Assembly: GCA_010093605.1 (NCBI GenBank)
Contig: MU004198.1
Location: forward strand, 994,726-1,058,725
Source: Lophium mytilinum
Taxonomy: Eukaryota
Direction of reading: 5' to 3'
DNA length: 64,000 nucleotides
Part shown: positions 24,476 through 35,701 of the stretch, piece by piece
How the letters are laid out: every line of letters begins with the position of its first letter
How positions within the stretch are numbered: position 1 is the stretch's first letter
Made by a program: the position numbers and the translations under genes
Notes under the pieces: model-generated
The model's input: only the letters and a program-made list of their open reading frames with translations
Told to the model about the DNA's origin: nothing
The model's database searches: none

Positions 24476-25818
24476 CTCGAAGGAATCAAATTATTTCAAC
24501 TGGCGTGGATGCTTGGTGTAGTTATCGATTTGCGTGTTGTTCTGGGTAGAATGGGTGCTGAAGACAGGTACCTATTTTAAAGTGGGTACCCAGGGCGTCG
24601 GAGACAGGGGGATCGTGCCACAGTACGCTAGCAAGGCTCATCCAATCAGGACTATATACACGTGACATCGTGCGCAAGTGTCGCTATAAAGATATTCGAT
24701 TGCATATCTATACGTATATAGTCAAATGGTTAAGTAGAGTCGCAAGCGACACACTGACCGTTCTGGTATCACACGCATGAAAATCCTTGTTTTAGTGGCA
24801 CTGTGATTGAGCTTGCCGTCCTTACTCCCTGGACAGGAGCGTTTCAGGAAAAACTTAAAGGATGCGTTTGAGTCGGTAAAGAACATCGTAGAGCATGAAC
24901 ATAGTGTCAAGTGATAGACTGTGTCAACTATGCCCATGCTAAGCTTCTACGAGGAGAGTATGCCGCTCGCGTTGGGGGCTTATGAGAAACTCGCTAAATC
25001 TTATCAAGATGACCATGCCCATAAGTTTCGTTGTTTCCGGGAGGCGCACCAAGCTGGAATCGAAGGACTGCAGAGGATAATTAGTAAGCAGATACATTGG
25101 GCTGGCTTCATCCGGTTTCTGGTCGGATCATTACGACTTACGGGCCACAAAATGAGCGAATTGTTTTGATGTTTGACTGCTTCAGATAGGAATTGTACGG
25201 CGTTAACGACTCTACTTTCTTAGTTAACTTGGTTGATAGAGCAATATGAAGCAGCGTCAGCTGATAAAGATGCAGTATCTGCTGACAAATGACTTGCCAT
25301 ATTGCGAAACTGTTCCGAAACATCTTGATATGTTTATCATATGTGAAAGATTACTAGAAAATCTGTAGACGCAGAGAATCTGTCATCGGTCATGACAGCT
25401 TGTTAAGTAAAGTCGAAATACAACTAGCTGACTCTCGGAACTGGGGTGCCATATTTTATTATGCCTAGATATGCACTCCGCCTGTAGGTGTGGGAAATAA
25501 ATGGAGATGAGATAAGAAAAGGAGGACGAAAATAAGAGGACGGAGAGTTCCTCCTGTTGGGCAATTCTCGATTAGTATGAAGAAGAAAGAAACCTGTGCG
25601 CATAGTCAGCTTTCATAAAATGATTCCATAACCAAAGATATCAGAAACCAGGAACAAGATATCCGTACCGTTCGGAGTGTTAGGTTTAGTGATTTGTATT
25701 AGACGTAGCATGAGCTACCTGAACCGTACAATAACCATTAGCCCCATCCAATCCTCGGTAGACTACAGCGGCCTTGTTCATAGTAGTCTGCTGACATATT
25801 CTGGAAAGGTTCCCGAGC

Positions 25819-26553
25819 TTACAGATCATCCAAAGAAGCAGTCCAAATCCCGTGTACGAACCACATCGTCGGACCCCAAGCCATGATCGCAAACAACACA
25901 AAGACCAAGAGCTCCTCCGCAAAGCCGAATGGTATGTTTTGTGATGGCATCGCCTGTCGTAGCTCGCCGGTTGCAAGCGGATACCAGTTGATCAGTTGCT
26001 GAATATGCTTCTTCTCCATCCAAATTTCACCGTATCCATCCGCGAAGCCCTTCGAAACCATCTGCACAAGCATGTCGTGGGCTGGTAGTGTGCTTAGTAT
26101 CTTTGCGCGCTGATCCAAGAACAAATGGGGGTTCTCTCTTGCTAATGGCGCAATATGTCCTGCCATATGCTCCTTTACGAGCGGAATATCCAGCACTGCT
26201 GCGGCCATGTAGAGTTCGATGTTCCCGCCCAGCCAGCCCCTCATCTGTATTGGCTCGATCTCGAGACTTTCGCATGATTCAATCATCCAGTCCATGACTG
26301 AGGCGATGGCGTCCAGCTTGAGGTATTCTCCAGTGATACGGGGGTCGCAGGTTTGGGTATCATAGTGCTTCTTGGCTCGAGCAGAGAAAGCAGTGAGGAC
26401 GGCGATGGGAATCTTCCGAACAGGTCTGGTTGTGTCTTCCTCGTGGATCTGAACTTGGAGCTTTGGGCTGAGCAGGAGCGCGCGTCGAGCATCGCGAGAC
26501 ATGGTGGTAATGTCCGGCGCAGCATTGCGATTATGTGATGTGTTGGCTGCCAT
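25819..26553 (-). CDS. Divergent BTB/POZ-like protein
   Basis: IPIAVLTAFSARAK...AIASVMDWM...IELYMAAAVLDIP pattern resembles fungal BTB-like folds. Confidence 0.55.
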   Translation of the reverse strand: MAANTSHNRNAAPDITTMSRDARRALLLSPKLQVQIHEEDTTRPVRKIPIAVLTAFSARAKKHYDTQTCDPRITGEYLKLDAIASVMDWMIESCESLEIEPIQMRGWLGGNIELYMAAAVLDIPLVKEHMAGHIAPLARENPHLFLDQRAKILSTLPAHDMLVQMVSKGFADGYGEIWMEKKHIQQLINWYPLATGELRQAMPSQNIPFGFAEELLVFVLFAIMAWGPTMWFVHGIWTASLDDL

Positions 26554-27615
26554 TTTGGCCTGCGCCGCTGTAGAATGTTACGGCGTTGAAACACCGTGAG
26601 AAACTGAAGCGGTTCTCTGCTTGACAACAAACGGCGCCAAGAAAGTGCTTATCACGTGCTATTTGCTTTCACCGTTTTCTGATTGGCTGATTCCCGACTG
26701 TCCGCACGCCTCAAATTCTCAAGCTCTCACTAGTTTGCGCTGAAGCTGCAATGGCTGTATCACTATAACAGAGCCTGCAAGCCTCATAAGCCGTAATTAG
26801 TAAGATCCTATCTTAATTCTTTGAATACTTAAGTTTTCAGACCGGTCTATAACGTATCATGCAGCCTTAGCACAATGGTCATCCTGGTGGATCAGCTGTG
26901 CGTCGCTTGTGCCGTGGGCTCGATACCTAAGACTGTCAGAGGCGGAATACATGTAATTGCACTCGACAAGAGGCTGCATGTGTTTCGCAGTGGAGGCGGT
27001 CCAGTCCTATATCAATTATTATTGGGGCCCGCTATGACATTCAGGTTGGGGGCTGTCTGCGAGGTAAAGTCTTGATCTCTTTTCCTTTTTTCTGGAAGTT
27101 TTCTATATGTCCTGCTCAGTTTGAGATGAAGGACGTGAGCTGGAAGCGCTTTCATTCACAACTGCAGAAGCACAGGCAAGCTACAATGGCTACCTAAGAA
27201 CCACTTGATAGGCGATCGCGGGAAAACGCCTACTTGCATCTTCTTACCCGAACGATCTACAAATAGGGCGCTTTACATTGAGACATGTAGCACTTAAAGC
27301 TAGGGCTTGAATAACCTGCGCCAATTAAGCTTGGATATGATCGCTCTTTCTTAGCTTTCGTGTTTCATGATTCAAGACAAAATCTTCAACGTGTTACTGG
27401 GATAGCCACGTGGAACGGTTTCGCTTGGCCAAAGAAGAGGCGGAGTGAATGGTCAGCATCACGTGACCCGGGCGCTTAACTACTTTAGATCGGAACCTCC
27501 AACGTCCTTCCCTCCACCTCACACGCAAACATACACCAAACACACACACCACAACTACTCAAATAAACGCAGCCTCTCCGTCAATCCTAGAAACCACTAC
27601 CACCCACTTCCGGCC

Positions 27616-29256
27616 ATGCCGTTTTCGGCGTTGCCAAACGAGCTGGTGCTCGGCACAGCCTCGTACCTAAACGCCGCCTCCCTGAGTAGTCTCTGCAAAG
27701 TGAGCTGGCGATACTACAGCTTACTGGAAGGCGAAATCTTCAAGCGCGCTAATGCGCCTCGGCCCAAGTCCACTCGGTCCACGGATGCCTCCAACGTTGA
27801 GCTTATCCCAGCAATCGAGTGGGCTGTTGCGAACGAGAGGAAACTCCTTGTGCAATATCTTCTAAAACGCGACGTCATGGGTGTGAATACAGAAACGAAT
27901 TCCTGGGATCTGTTTTGTACGGTGACCAACAAAGGATACGCTCATATCGACATTACATCTCTTTTCATCCACAAGACTGGCGAGCTCGGCTGGTTGGAGC
28001 CCGCAGACGCAACCCGCATCCTTCATAACATCCTTCCAAATATGTTCTACGTCAAGAACTCTCATCTGAAGCAGCAAGGCTATTCCGCGGTCTCGGCGCA
28101 CAAGAGACAGGATGGCGGATATGACATGGACCAAGAGCAGAAAGTTCGACGACACGACCCTGATGGCTCCAAGACCGTGAAGCTGATTGAAGAGCTTCTG
28201 TCGACATACGGCGCAGATCCGACGAGATACTCCGGCGAAGACTCGCCTGAGTTTGGCTCATTCCTCCACCGGACCGCTGACTACCGCGTATTTGAGCTGC
28301 TGATCGACCACGGCGCGGATCTCGAATGGAGCTCTAGCCTTCGCTGGCCAATCCTTCACCACTTGATATCGGAGAACAACAAAGACGACAGCACCCTTGT
28401 CCGTGCGGTGTTGGAAGCTGGCGCCGATCCGAATCAGCTCTGGCGTGAGTGGGGAGCTACGAGCGGGGGTGCTCTGCCAATTGACCTCGCCATTCGCAAG
28501 GGGTTGTTTAGAGTAGCGAAGACGTTGCTCAAGCATGGCGCCTCCGGCGATGTACGATACACACCTTATGGTTACCACAACATTGAGACGACCCCTTTGA
28601 TCCAGGCCGTTCGTTTCAGTGATGTGTCTGTTCGGTTCGAGGTTCAATCGAAGTTCATTGACGATCTCCTGGAACGTGGGACCTCACTCAACGACTATGC
28701 TACGATCTATGGCCAACAAGTATTCCCGCTCGACGCGGCCGTGACGAACAGGATGGTATGGACGGATCGCGTGGACCTCGTCCGCATGTTACTCTCTCGC
28801 GGCGCGGATCCCGAAAAGCAAGACCAGTACGGGCGAAACCTCACTCAACGCACGATGCACGAAGCTAGAACGAGACCGAAAGATGTGGCAGGGCTTGAGT
28901 TGAGTGTGCTTCTCCGCGTCGCGCTGGATCTCAAGATTCCGGCATTGCTACCTGGTGAACATGTCCTGGAGATTACCACTGAGGCATTGGCAGACGCTAT
29001 GGAGACCTACAAGATCACCAACAGTCGGTACTCCCTCGAGCACCTTAATCGCTCTACATCTAGCCACAAAACGTTGAAGGGTGTATGGGCAATTTTCCAG
29101 CTTATTCTCAATGCGTATAAGCAGATCGCTAGACCCGATGATAACGTCGCATCCATGCTTCTCAAGTTCTGGGTTCTGAACGATGGCATGATCAAGCGGG
29201 TCTTGGGAGAGAAGACTCCTGCCGCGGTTTTGCCACTTCCCATAGGCCTGGGGTAG
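27616..29256 (+). CDS. F-box-like plus ankyrin-repeat protein, paralog of 22898..24475
   Basis: MPFSALPNELVLGTASYL; AIEWAV; LIDHGAD, LEAGADPN, LLKHGA, LLSRGADP. Confidence 0.88.
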   Translation: MPFSALPNELVLGTASYLNAASLSSLCKVSWRYYSLLEGEIFKRANAPRPKSTRSTDASNVELIPAIEWAVANERKLLVQYLLKRDVMGVNTETNSWDLFCTVTNKGYAHIDITSLFIHKTGELGWLEPADATRILHNILPNMFYVKNSHLKQQGYSAVSAHKRQDGGYDMDQEQKVRRHDPDGSKTVKLIEELLSTYGADPTRYSGEDSPEFGSFLHRTADYRVFELLIDHGADLEWSSSLRWPILHHLISENNKDDSTLVRAVLEAGADPNQLWREWGATSGGALPIDLAIRKGLFRVAKTLLKHGASGDVRYTPYGYHNIETTPLIQAVRFSDVSVRFEVQSKFIDDLLERGTSLNDYATIYGQQVFPLDAAVTNRMVWTDRVDLVRMLLSRGADPEKQDQYGRNLTQRTMHEARTRPKDVAGLELSVLLRVALDLKIPALLPGEHVLEITTEALADAMETYKITNSRYSLEHLNRSTSSHKTLKGVWAIFQLILNAYKQIARPDDNVASMLLKFWVLNDGMIKRVLGEKTPAAVLPLPIGLG

Positions 29257-29551
29257 TTTGATAGGAGAAGGGTCGCTCCTGCCAGGGCGTCTACACATTA
29301 CTAATCAAATGTTCAAAACTAGAGTCTGGTCCTCTTGATCTCTAACGACGTGGAATTGAAAGCATCACATGAGGTCTGAGATCCTGCGGTCTGGGTTTCA
29401 GGATGTGGACCTTTACATCCACATAGATGTTACTTTGCATGGGCCAGGGCGTCTACAGCGCGCGATACAAGTGTTCAGCATAGCAATATATTCCTCTTCA
29501 TTCGAAGCTACCGGTAATTCAAATGCATTTACGTGATGTTGGTTCTATCCC

Positions 29552-30766
29552 TTAAATATGCAACTGCTGGAAATTGATGCAACCTCTAAGCTTGTACAGC
29601 TTCTTCAAGAGCCAGGCGACGCCCTCTATCTGGTGATCCATCAAATACATTCCGCTTTGCATTCCCGGAATCCTCGGTCGAATGTCGGTTTGCGGTATCC
29701 TCAACGCCGTGCGAGCATTAGCGGTACTGTTATACCCTGCCCAGTTATAACCAAGCAGGTATGCACACGCACTGCCGAAGGCGGATATATTCGCCTCCAA
29801 CATCGGACGCCGGGCGTAAAGGGAACAGGAATTAGTTTCCTCGTACTCGTGTTAAAGGGACGCTAAACCCAGGTGGACGTTGTATCGGGCATTAGCGACT
29901 AGATTCTCCCAACTTCTTACCTCGTCCTCGCTGGGGAGCTGTATCTTTTAATATTGTTGCTGGTCGTTCCTAGTCTGCCCGGTCAGTTTCAAAATGCCTT
30001 TAAAGATCGCATCCACTGCCGGATCCAAGGTAGCCCGAAGACGGTCGATCGCGAATCGGAGTTCGTCTTCTGTCTCGCCGATGAGCTCTTTGGCTCTGTA
30101 GTCCTCGACCTTGGACCTCGTAGCACTGCGTCGCTTGGGGCCAGGCTTTTCTGCATGAAACTCGTATTGATTACCGGAGTCGACGAACGAGTCGCGATCA
30201 AAGAAACCTGTTATGTCAGAGATGGTGGTGTTGTTGGGCCCTAGAGTAGGCGTTGCATTGCCCGAGGCCGTTCTTCCTAAGATTGCCTCGCTCTTCGCAG
30301 GATACTCCAGCGAGGGGCGTATACCCTCGATGAAGCGAGCCATTCTCCCTCTTCTGGAGGTATTGTATTTGTACCGCAGTCCTCTCACGATCCTAAGGAC
30401 ACCGTCGATATGATCGAGACGGTTTTGTGTTGACAGTGAATGAAGCGGTGCACCTGGTTGAACGAGCGTGCTGTATAGCTTCAGAACGCAGAAGAGATCC
30501 CAATCTTCTCGGTCCCGAAGCGTGCTTCCATCTTGCGCAGAATAAAAGCGGCTCCGGGCGCCCAGGCCCAACTCTTTCTCGACTTCCTGGACGAGTCGAT
30601 CAACATGCCAACCCTTCGTCACAGAACCCCTATTGCCCCACAAGCACTGGTCCCGATATAGTGTCCAGACCTCAAGGAATCTGAAGTCGCGGAGGACTTG
30701 GGATTGAAACTCATCCTCGTTGTTTAGCCCTAACACGGCTGCCAACTCTTTCCAATTGGTGGACAT
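29552..30766 (-). pseudogene. Disrupted and truncated gene ending in an SNF2-like Q-motif fragment
   Basis: ORF MSTNWKEL... stops at TAA 29948-29950, 27 nt before a GTAAG donor. The downstream segment LMDHQIEGVAWLLKKLYKLRGCI breaks off where Walker A (ADEMGLGKT) would follow. Confidence 0.5.
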
Positions 30767-31819
30767 TTGGATGGTGGGAAGAGACAGCGAGCTGCCTCTG
30801 GTACCGATGGAGAGCCGTTGGTATTCCGGGAAAGGTACAGCACCGGATGGTATACATACGTGCATGGCCAGGCGCATCGGCTGGCTGCCCCACCGGCCGC
30901 CGTAGCGGGCGGAGGCTCCAGTCCCGAAAGCTAACATTCTGCCGGGCAACGAGGGCCTGCCGCGAGAGTCCTGGGGCACACGCGGGAATATCAATGTGAA
31001 CAACTACTGCATCTCCCTTGCAGGGCTTCGCAGCTTGGTAGACGGTAGAGCATGTAGACATCACAAATGAGATCTGAACCGCACAGTCTTTTACATTGCC
31101 GTGCTCATACTTCGAATACGCCAGGGCGTCTACAGGCTGATATACAACTCTACAAGGGTAACAGCCCAGGCCTACCATCTGCGAACAGCTGGGCTTTCAG
31201 GTACTTCAGAGTCTTATCTTAGACCTATGCCGGACCACCATCTCCAGGCGATCGGGAGTGATGACCGCGGTATCTGCTCTCATGTCGTCATCGAAGAGCT
31301 CTTTCATCTCTTGTCCATTGTCTTGCCCCCGCCAAATCGTGTAGGGAACTGGCTTGTCGCGGGCAGCTTTCCGGTCCGGCACGTATGCAGCCGCGTAGGA
31401 GTAAAGCCACTCATCGAGCTTATCATCGCCTGGGGCTACCGCCGGGTTTGCGCCTCGTAGCCAGTGGAGATAGCTTATGGTGCCTTCGAACTGGAAGAGA
31501 GAACCTGGGTAGGTTAGATACTGGTTGAGGAATAGATTCGAGAGCTCTAATGGACTAGCCGCATTTTCTGATAACCTATTATAGGTAAGCCTCTGGACCA
31601 GGACATAGTGTTAGGAACTTACATGATATGTATGAGGGAAAGGACCTCGAGAGGCCCTTCTTCCTACCCAAACTCGTGATGGTAGTCGACAAAGATAGTA
31701 AGATTTAGGCATGAAGAAATCAAAGTCGATCTAATTCAGGAGACTAAACGGAGTGGTGGTACTAGAGGTGTTGAACGGTTCTCTCCCTTTTGAAAGTTTA
31801 AAAAATCCAAAAAGTTTAT

Positions 31820-32760
31820 AACTAAAGCACTTCAAAGTATGTTAAAACTACGCGTGAGATCTAGAGGGTGGAAACCTTTACATATATTTCGCGGTTAGTC
31901 TGTATAGGCCAGGGGGTCTACAGACCCATATGCAACCGTGCATAAGCAACAGTTAATTCTTGCGATGTACAAGTAGGCAGAAATTGGAGCACTTCAAAGC
32001 ATACCGAGATTGAGAGTGAGATTTGGAGACTACCGAACTTCACATCCATCCTTCACTCATTTTAGTTTGGCTGGGGGTATGTTAAAGGGATACATCAGTG
32101 TGCAAATGCAACTACTCGCTGCCGCAATCTGCGATTACGTGGAAATTGGAGTGCCCCGAAGCATGTCAAAACCAAGAGTGCAATTTGAAGCCAACCGAGC
32201 TTTACATCCATACTTCCTCCAACATAGTTCATCTAGGGGTTCCATAAAGCGATGAATAACTGTATAAACGCAACGAGTCGTTCCCGCGATATGCGATTAG
32301 ACGAAACTTAAAGGACTTCAGAGCATATTGATATCAAGTGTGTGCTTTAAAGCCTGCCGATCTTTACATCCATACCTTACTCACGTTAGTTCGGCTAGAG
32401 GCATCTCAAAGCGGCATACCACTGTGCAAATGCAACCACTAGTTCCTGCAATATGCGACCAGACTGAAGTTAAAGCAGTTCAAGACATGTCAAAAATCAT
32501 ATCTGCAATCTAGAGCTTACCAAACTCTACATCCATAATTGACTTATATTAGTTCGGCAAGGGGTGTCTTAAAGAGATACATGATTGTGCAAATGTAAGA
32601 GCTCCTCTATCTAATCTACGATAAGGGGGAGATCGAGCGACTTCAGAGAACGTCAATATCACGTGCACGATTTGAACTGGATCAATCTTTACATCTTCAA
32701 CTCAATCATCTCGATTCGGCTAGAGGCGTCTCAAGTCCATAAAGACGTGTATAGAAGCAA
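31820..32760. repeat. Degenerate 162-bp tandem repeat (~6 units), with outlying copies at 29281-29550 and ~31040-31230
   Basis: Equivalent landmarks at 31984, 32146, 32308, 32470 and 32632; shared TTTACATCCAT, TGTGCAAATG and TGCGA blocks. Confidence 0.88.
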
Positions 32761-32975
32761 TATCACTGTCAATTCATCTGAACTACCTAGATAAACAACC
32801 AGACTCAGTCCAAACAACCACCCAAAGCATCCACATAAAGCCCCTAAACCAACTACACGGTCCAGCCGCAGGACCCACGCTACCCAGGCCCAAAATCTCT
32901 CAAAGCCCACAGAATCCACCACGAACAGCAGCCCAAACAACCCCCAAAGCCACTAGAACCCCCATATCAGCCATG

Positions 32976-33042
32976 ACCACCAGAACCACCCGAACTACCA
33001 GAACCACCAAGACTACCAGAATCACCAAGACTACCAGAACCA
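32976..33042. repeat. 9/18-bp minisatellite (ACYACCARR)n
   Basis: accaccagaaccacccgaactaccagaaccaccaagactaccaga... Confidence 0.8.
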
Positions 33043-33085
33043 GCCAGCACCGCAACCCAAACAACCCCCCAAACCCTCCAAACTC

Positions 33086-34096
33086 TCAAAACCCACAACC
33101 AAAGCTCCCCCAAACCACCGGATACGCATACGGCGCCCACGCATACGCCGGCTGCATATAATACGGCTCCGGGTACACGCACCCCGGCGTATAGTACTCC
33201 GCGCCCACCGGACACGGCTCCTGCAGATACCCCGTCGTAAACAGCGGCGGGAGCGGCGCCACCTCGTCCTCCCCAAGCGGCGAAAGCGGCGGGCGCGTGG
33301 GCGGCTCAGCGGGGACAAGAACCGGCGAGATGAGCTGGAGCGGGCACGGGGAGGGCGACGAGGAGCGGGACGAAGGCGCGGAAGCTTGAGACGGTTTCGG
33401 GCGCGGGGAGTAGGGCGATATGTAGCCGGGAGGGGAAGAAGAGACGTAAGCGGTGCTGGGAGGGGACGGTTCCGGGACATCTAGGGCCAGGAGGAGGGCG
33501 GCGTCGTCGTCGAAAAGGGGCTCCATAGCGTCGAAGTTGGTTGCGGTGAGGGGGGCGGTGAAGCGCAGACGTTTGGGCATGTGAAGGGACGCATTCGGGC
33601 CATGTTGCGGAGCTTCGTCGCACGCGGCGCCGGTCTCCGGGTCGTAGTGGAGGAACTTGCGCTTCGCGGAGCGGTTGGTGTTGATGGTTTCCTGGTAGTC
33701 CCTCATGTAGCATCTTGAGCCGGACGTGAGGCAGCGGAGGCAGCGCGTGAAGTCACCGGCCATGCAGGCGGTCTTGGCGCGCGTGCAGGAGAGGCAGGAT
33801 CGGGCGAGTTTGCGCGCGGGGTTGAAGGTGCAGTCGATGCCGCGGAGCTGGCATGGGTGGCAGGTGGTGGTGCCAGCGGGATCGCATTTGTTGATGCGGT
33901 TTGCGTGGCAGTTGTCGCAGCTGTGGGCTCGCTCGACGAATCCAGAGGGAGCTTCAGTGGTTGGAGATGGAGGAAAATGGGATAGTCCGGCGGATCCAAT
34001 CTGCGCTCCGTCCAGCGGAGACTGCAGGTGCGAAAGCTTCTCGGATCCAATCTTTAGGACAACGATCAGGGACTTCTTCTTGTCGAAATCGGACAT
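33086..34096 (-). CDS. Protein with two tandem Zn(II)2Cys6-like clusters and a Pro/Tyr-rich tail
   Basis: CDNCHANRINKCDPAGTTTCHPCQLRGIDC and CLSCTRAKTACMAGDFTRCLRCLTSGSRC. Confidence 0.8.
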   Translation of the reverse strand: MSDFDKKKSLIVVLKIGSEKLSHLQSPLDGAQIGSAGLSHFPPSPTTEAPSGFVERAHSCDNCHANRINKCDPAGTTTCHPCQLRGIDCTFNPARKLARSCLSCTRAKTACMAGDFTRCLRCLTSGSRCYMRDYQETINTNRSAKRKFLHYDPETGAACDEAPQHGPNASLHMPKRLRFTAPLTATNFDAMEPLFDDDAALLLALDVPEPSPPSTAYVSSSPPGYISPYSPRPKPSQASAPSSRSSSPSPCPLQLISPVLVPAEPPTRPPLSPLGEDEVAPLPPLFTTGYLQEPCPVGAEYYTPGCVYPEPYYMQPAYAWAPYAYPVVWGSFGCGF

Positions 34097-34362
34097 CTTG
34101 GCAAGAAAGGGGTGAATTTGGAGGTTTTGAGTGACGGTTTGAGAGCGCGGCTAGGCGAACGAAACTGGATAGAAGGACGAAAGAAACGCTGCTAAGCGTC
34201 GAGAATGAAGAAGTTAGGAAGGTACGAACATTTAAAGCAGACTCGAGGCCAGAAGATATAGGTATAGAGCACAATACCTATTGTGCGTCCGAATGCGGTT
34301 TAGCGCGTCGAGCGAGGTGAAGATTTGGGCGAGCGGCAGCGCGCGCCAGCCTTCACCTCTCA

Positions 34363-34824
34363 ATGCAATACAGCTCGACCGTTGTCATGGTATTGAGAAC
34401 CTTATTGAAAGTATTGTTGCCCTACTGCGAGGCGGCATTGCCCTCCATCGCGGCAGGGTGCCCGAGAAAGCGCTCTCAAGGCGATCGACCGGTATTGATG
34501 GATCGTCCGGCACCACTAGGCTACTACATCGTAGAGCACATTAATGAAATGGAATCAAATGGCTGTCAGATGGGCAACATGCTGCGCGCCTCGTTCGAGA
34601 ACAATGGCGCAGAGTATCTAGACGTACCATCGGACGGCTCGCGCTTTCGGTCGGAAGACGCATCGACGGTCCTATTCAAGACTGCAACTCCACCGCCTGC
34701 GACACTATCCGAGGCCCAACAAAGGCAGCAGCTGCTGGAGGTGATGGAGCGTGCAGACGCTCTCGAGGCTGTCGATGCTACGCTCAAGAAACTGATCCGA
34801 ACCTGGTTCGACATTGGGGTTTAG
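34363..34824 (+). CDS. Hypothetical protein
   Basis: 153-aa ORF divergent from the Zn-cluster gene, with a helical-looking C-terminus; no recognised motif. Confidence 0.4.
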   Translation: MQYSSTVVMVLRTLLKVLLPYCEAALPSIAAGCPRKRSQGDRPVLMDRPAPLGYYIVEHINEMESNGCQMGNMLRASFENNGAEYLDVPSDGSRFRSEDASTVLFKTATPPPATLSEAQQRQQLLEVMERADALEAVDATLKKLIRTWFDIGV

Positions 34825-35701
34825 AGACAAGGAAGGAGAGCGGCGAAGCTGGAGGAGCCGAGCCATGCACTGCATCGCTCCGATTGAATGGAGATATGGA
34901 GACGGGCCACATACTTAAGTCTCCACTGGAGCCAGTCCACGCTCCTCAGTGATGGTGATCACCGAGTGATGTGAGAGCGCGAATCTTAATAGACCTAAGG
35001 ACAATGAGCCTGTGCTTGGAACTGTATGAAGGGTAGCATACCTTCCAAACTTGATACCCACCGTGAGAGCTGAGATGATGTGTAGTACTAAGCTGACACA
35101 TGTCTGACACTGCTTGCAGCGCTTCAGCGTACTTACTCAGACCTGGAGCAATGGGTCATGGATCCGGCCTGTGCACACCTATCTGGCACCGTGTGAGGTG
35201 GCCCAGCAAGGTTTCTGATCTACCAAGATGATAGATTGAGGTTGCCAACAACTCGTCAGGGCGCTTCAAACGGCGTTGAACAGCTGTCCTAGTCTCATGC
35301 TGAGGTGAAATAGAATAGCTGATAGTGATGACCAGAGACGACGTGATGAAACGGTTCGCTAAATATACTGATTCACTGCTCCGGCCTCTCCTGCCAAGCC
35401 CTACCACTAAGGACTCACTCGTTGGAAGATGATGAGGGCTAGTAGCCTTCATCGAAAGAAGTGCGTGAAAGACGTAGAACACTCTAGACGGATGTGACGA
35501 AGTCTGATGCAGACCAAATCGAAAGAAAGAGTCGTATGATAGGGCTTTGAACGCTACCTCCATAGGCTTCTCGGATCATCATTCACCCGTTTGTTCGACC
35601 GCAGCCTTCCACATGACCCTGCGGAGCTTACAGCAAACTCCCTCACTCCTGATATATACTACAGCTACCCAGGTACCGCACACTCACCTCATCATATCAC
35701 C

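Noticed and set aside
29281..32760. CRISPR-like array interpretation of the recurring 15-mer
   Set aside because: Eukaryotic context, no cas genes, and the sequence between the 15-mers is itself homologous between units.
29281..35500. Naming the block as a Starship or other specific transposon
   Set aside because: No tyrosine recombinase, transposase, terminal repeat or target-site duplication was recognisable.
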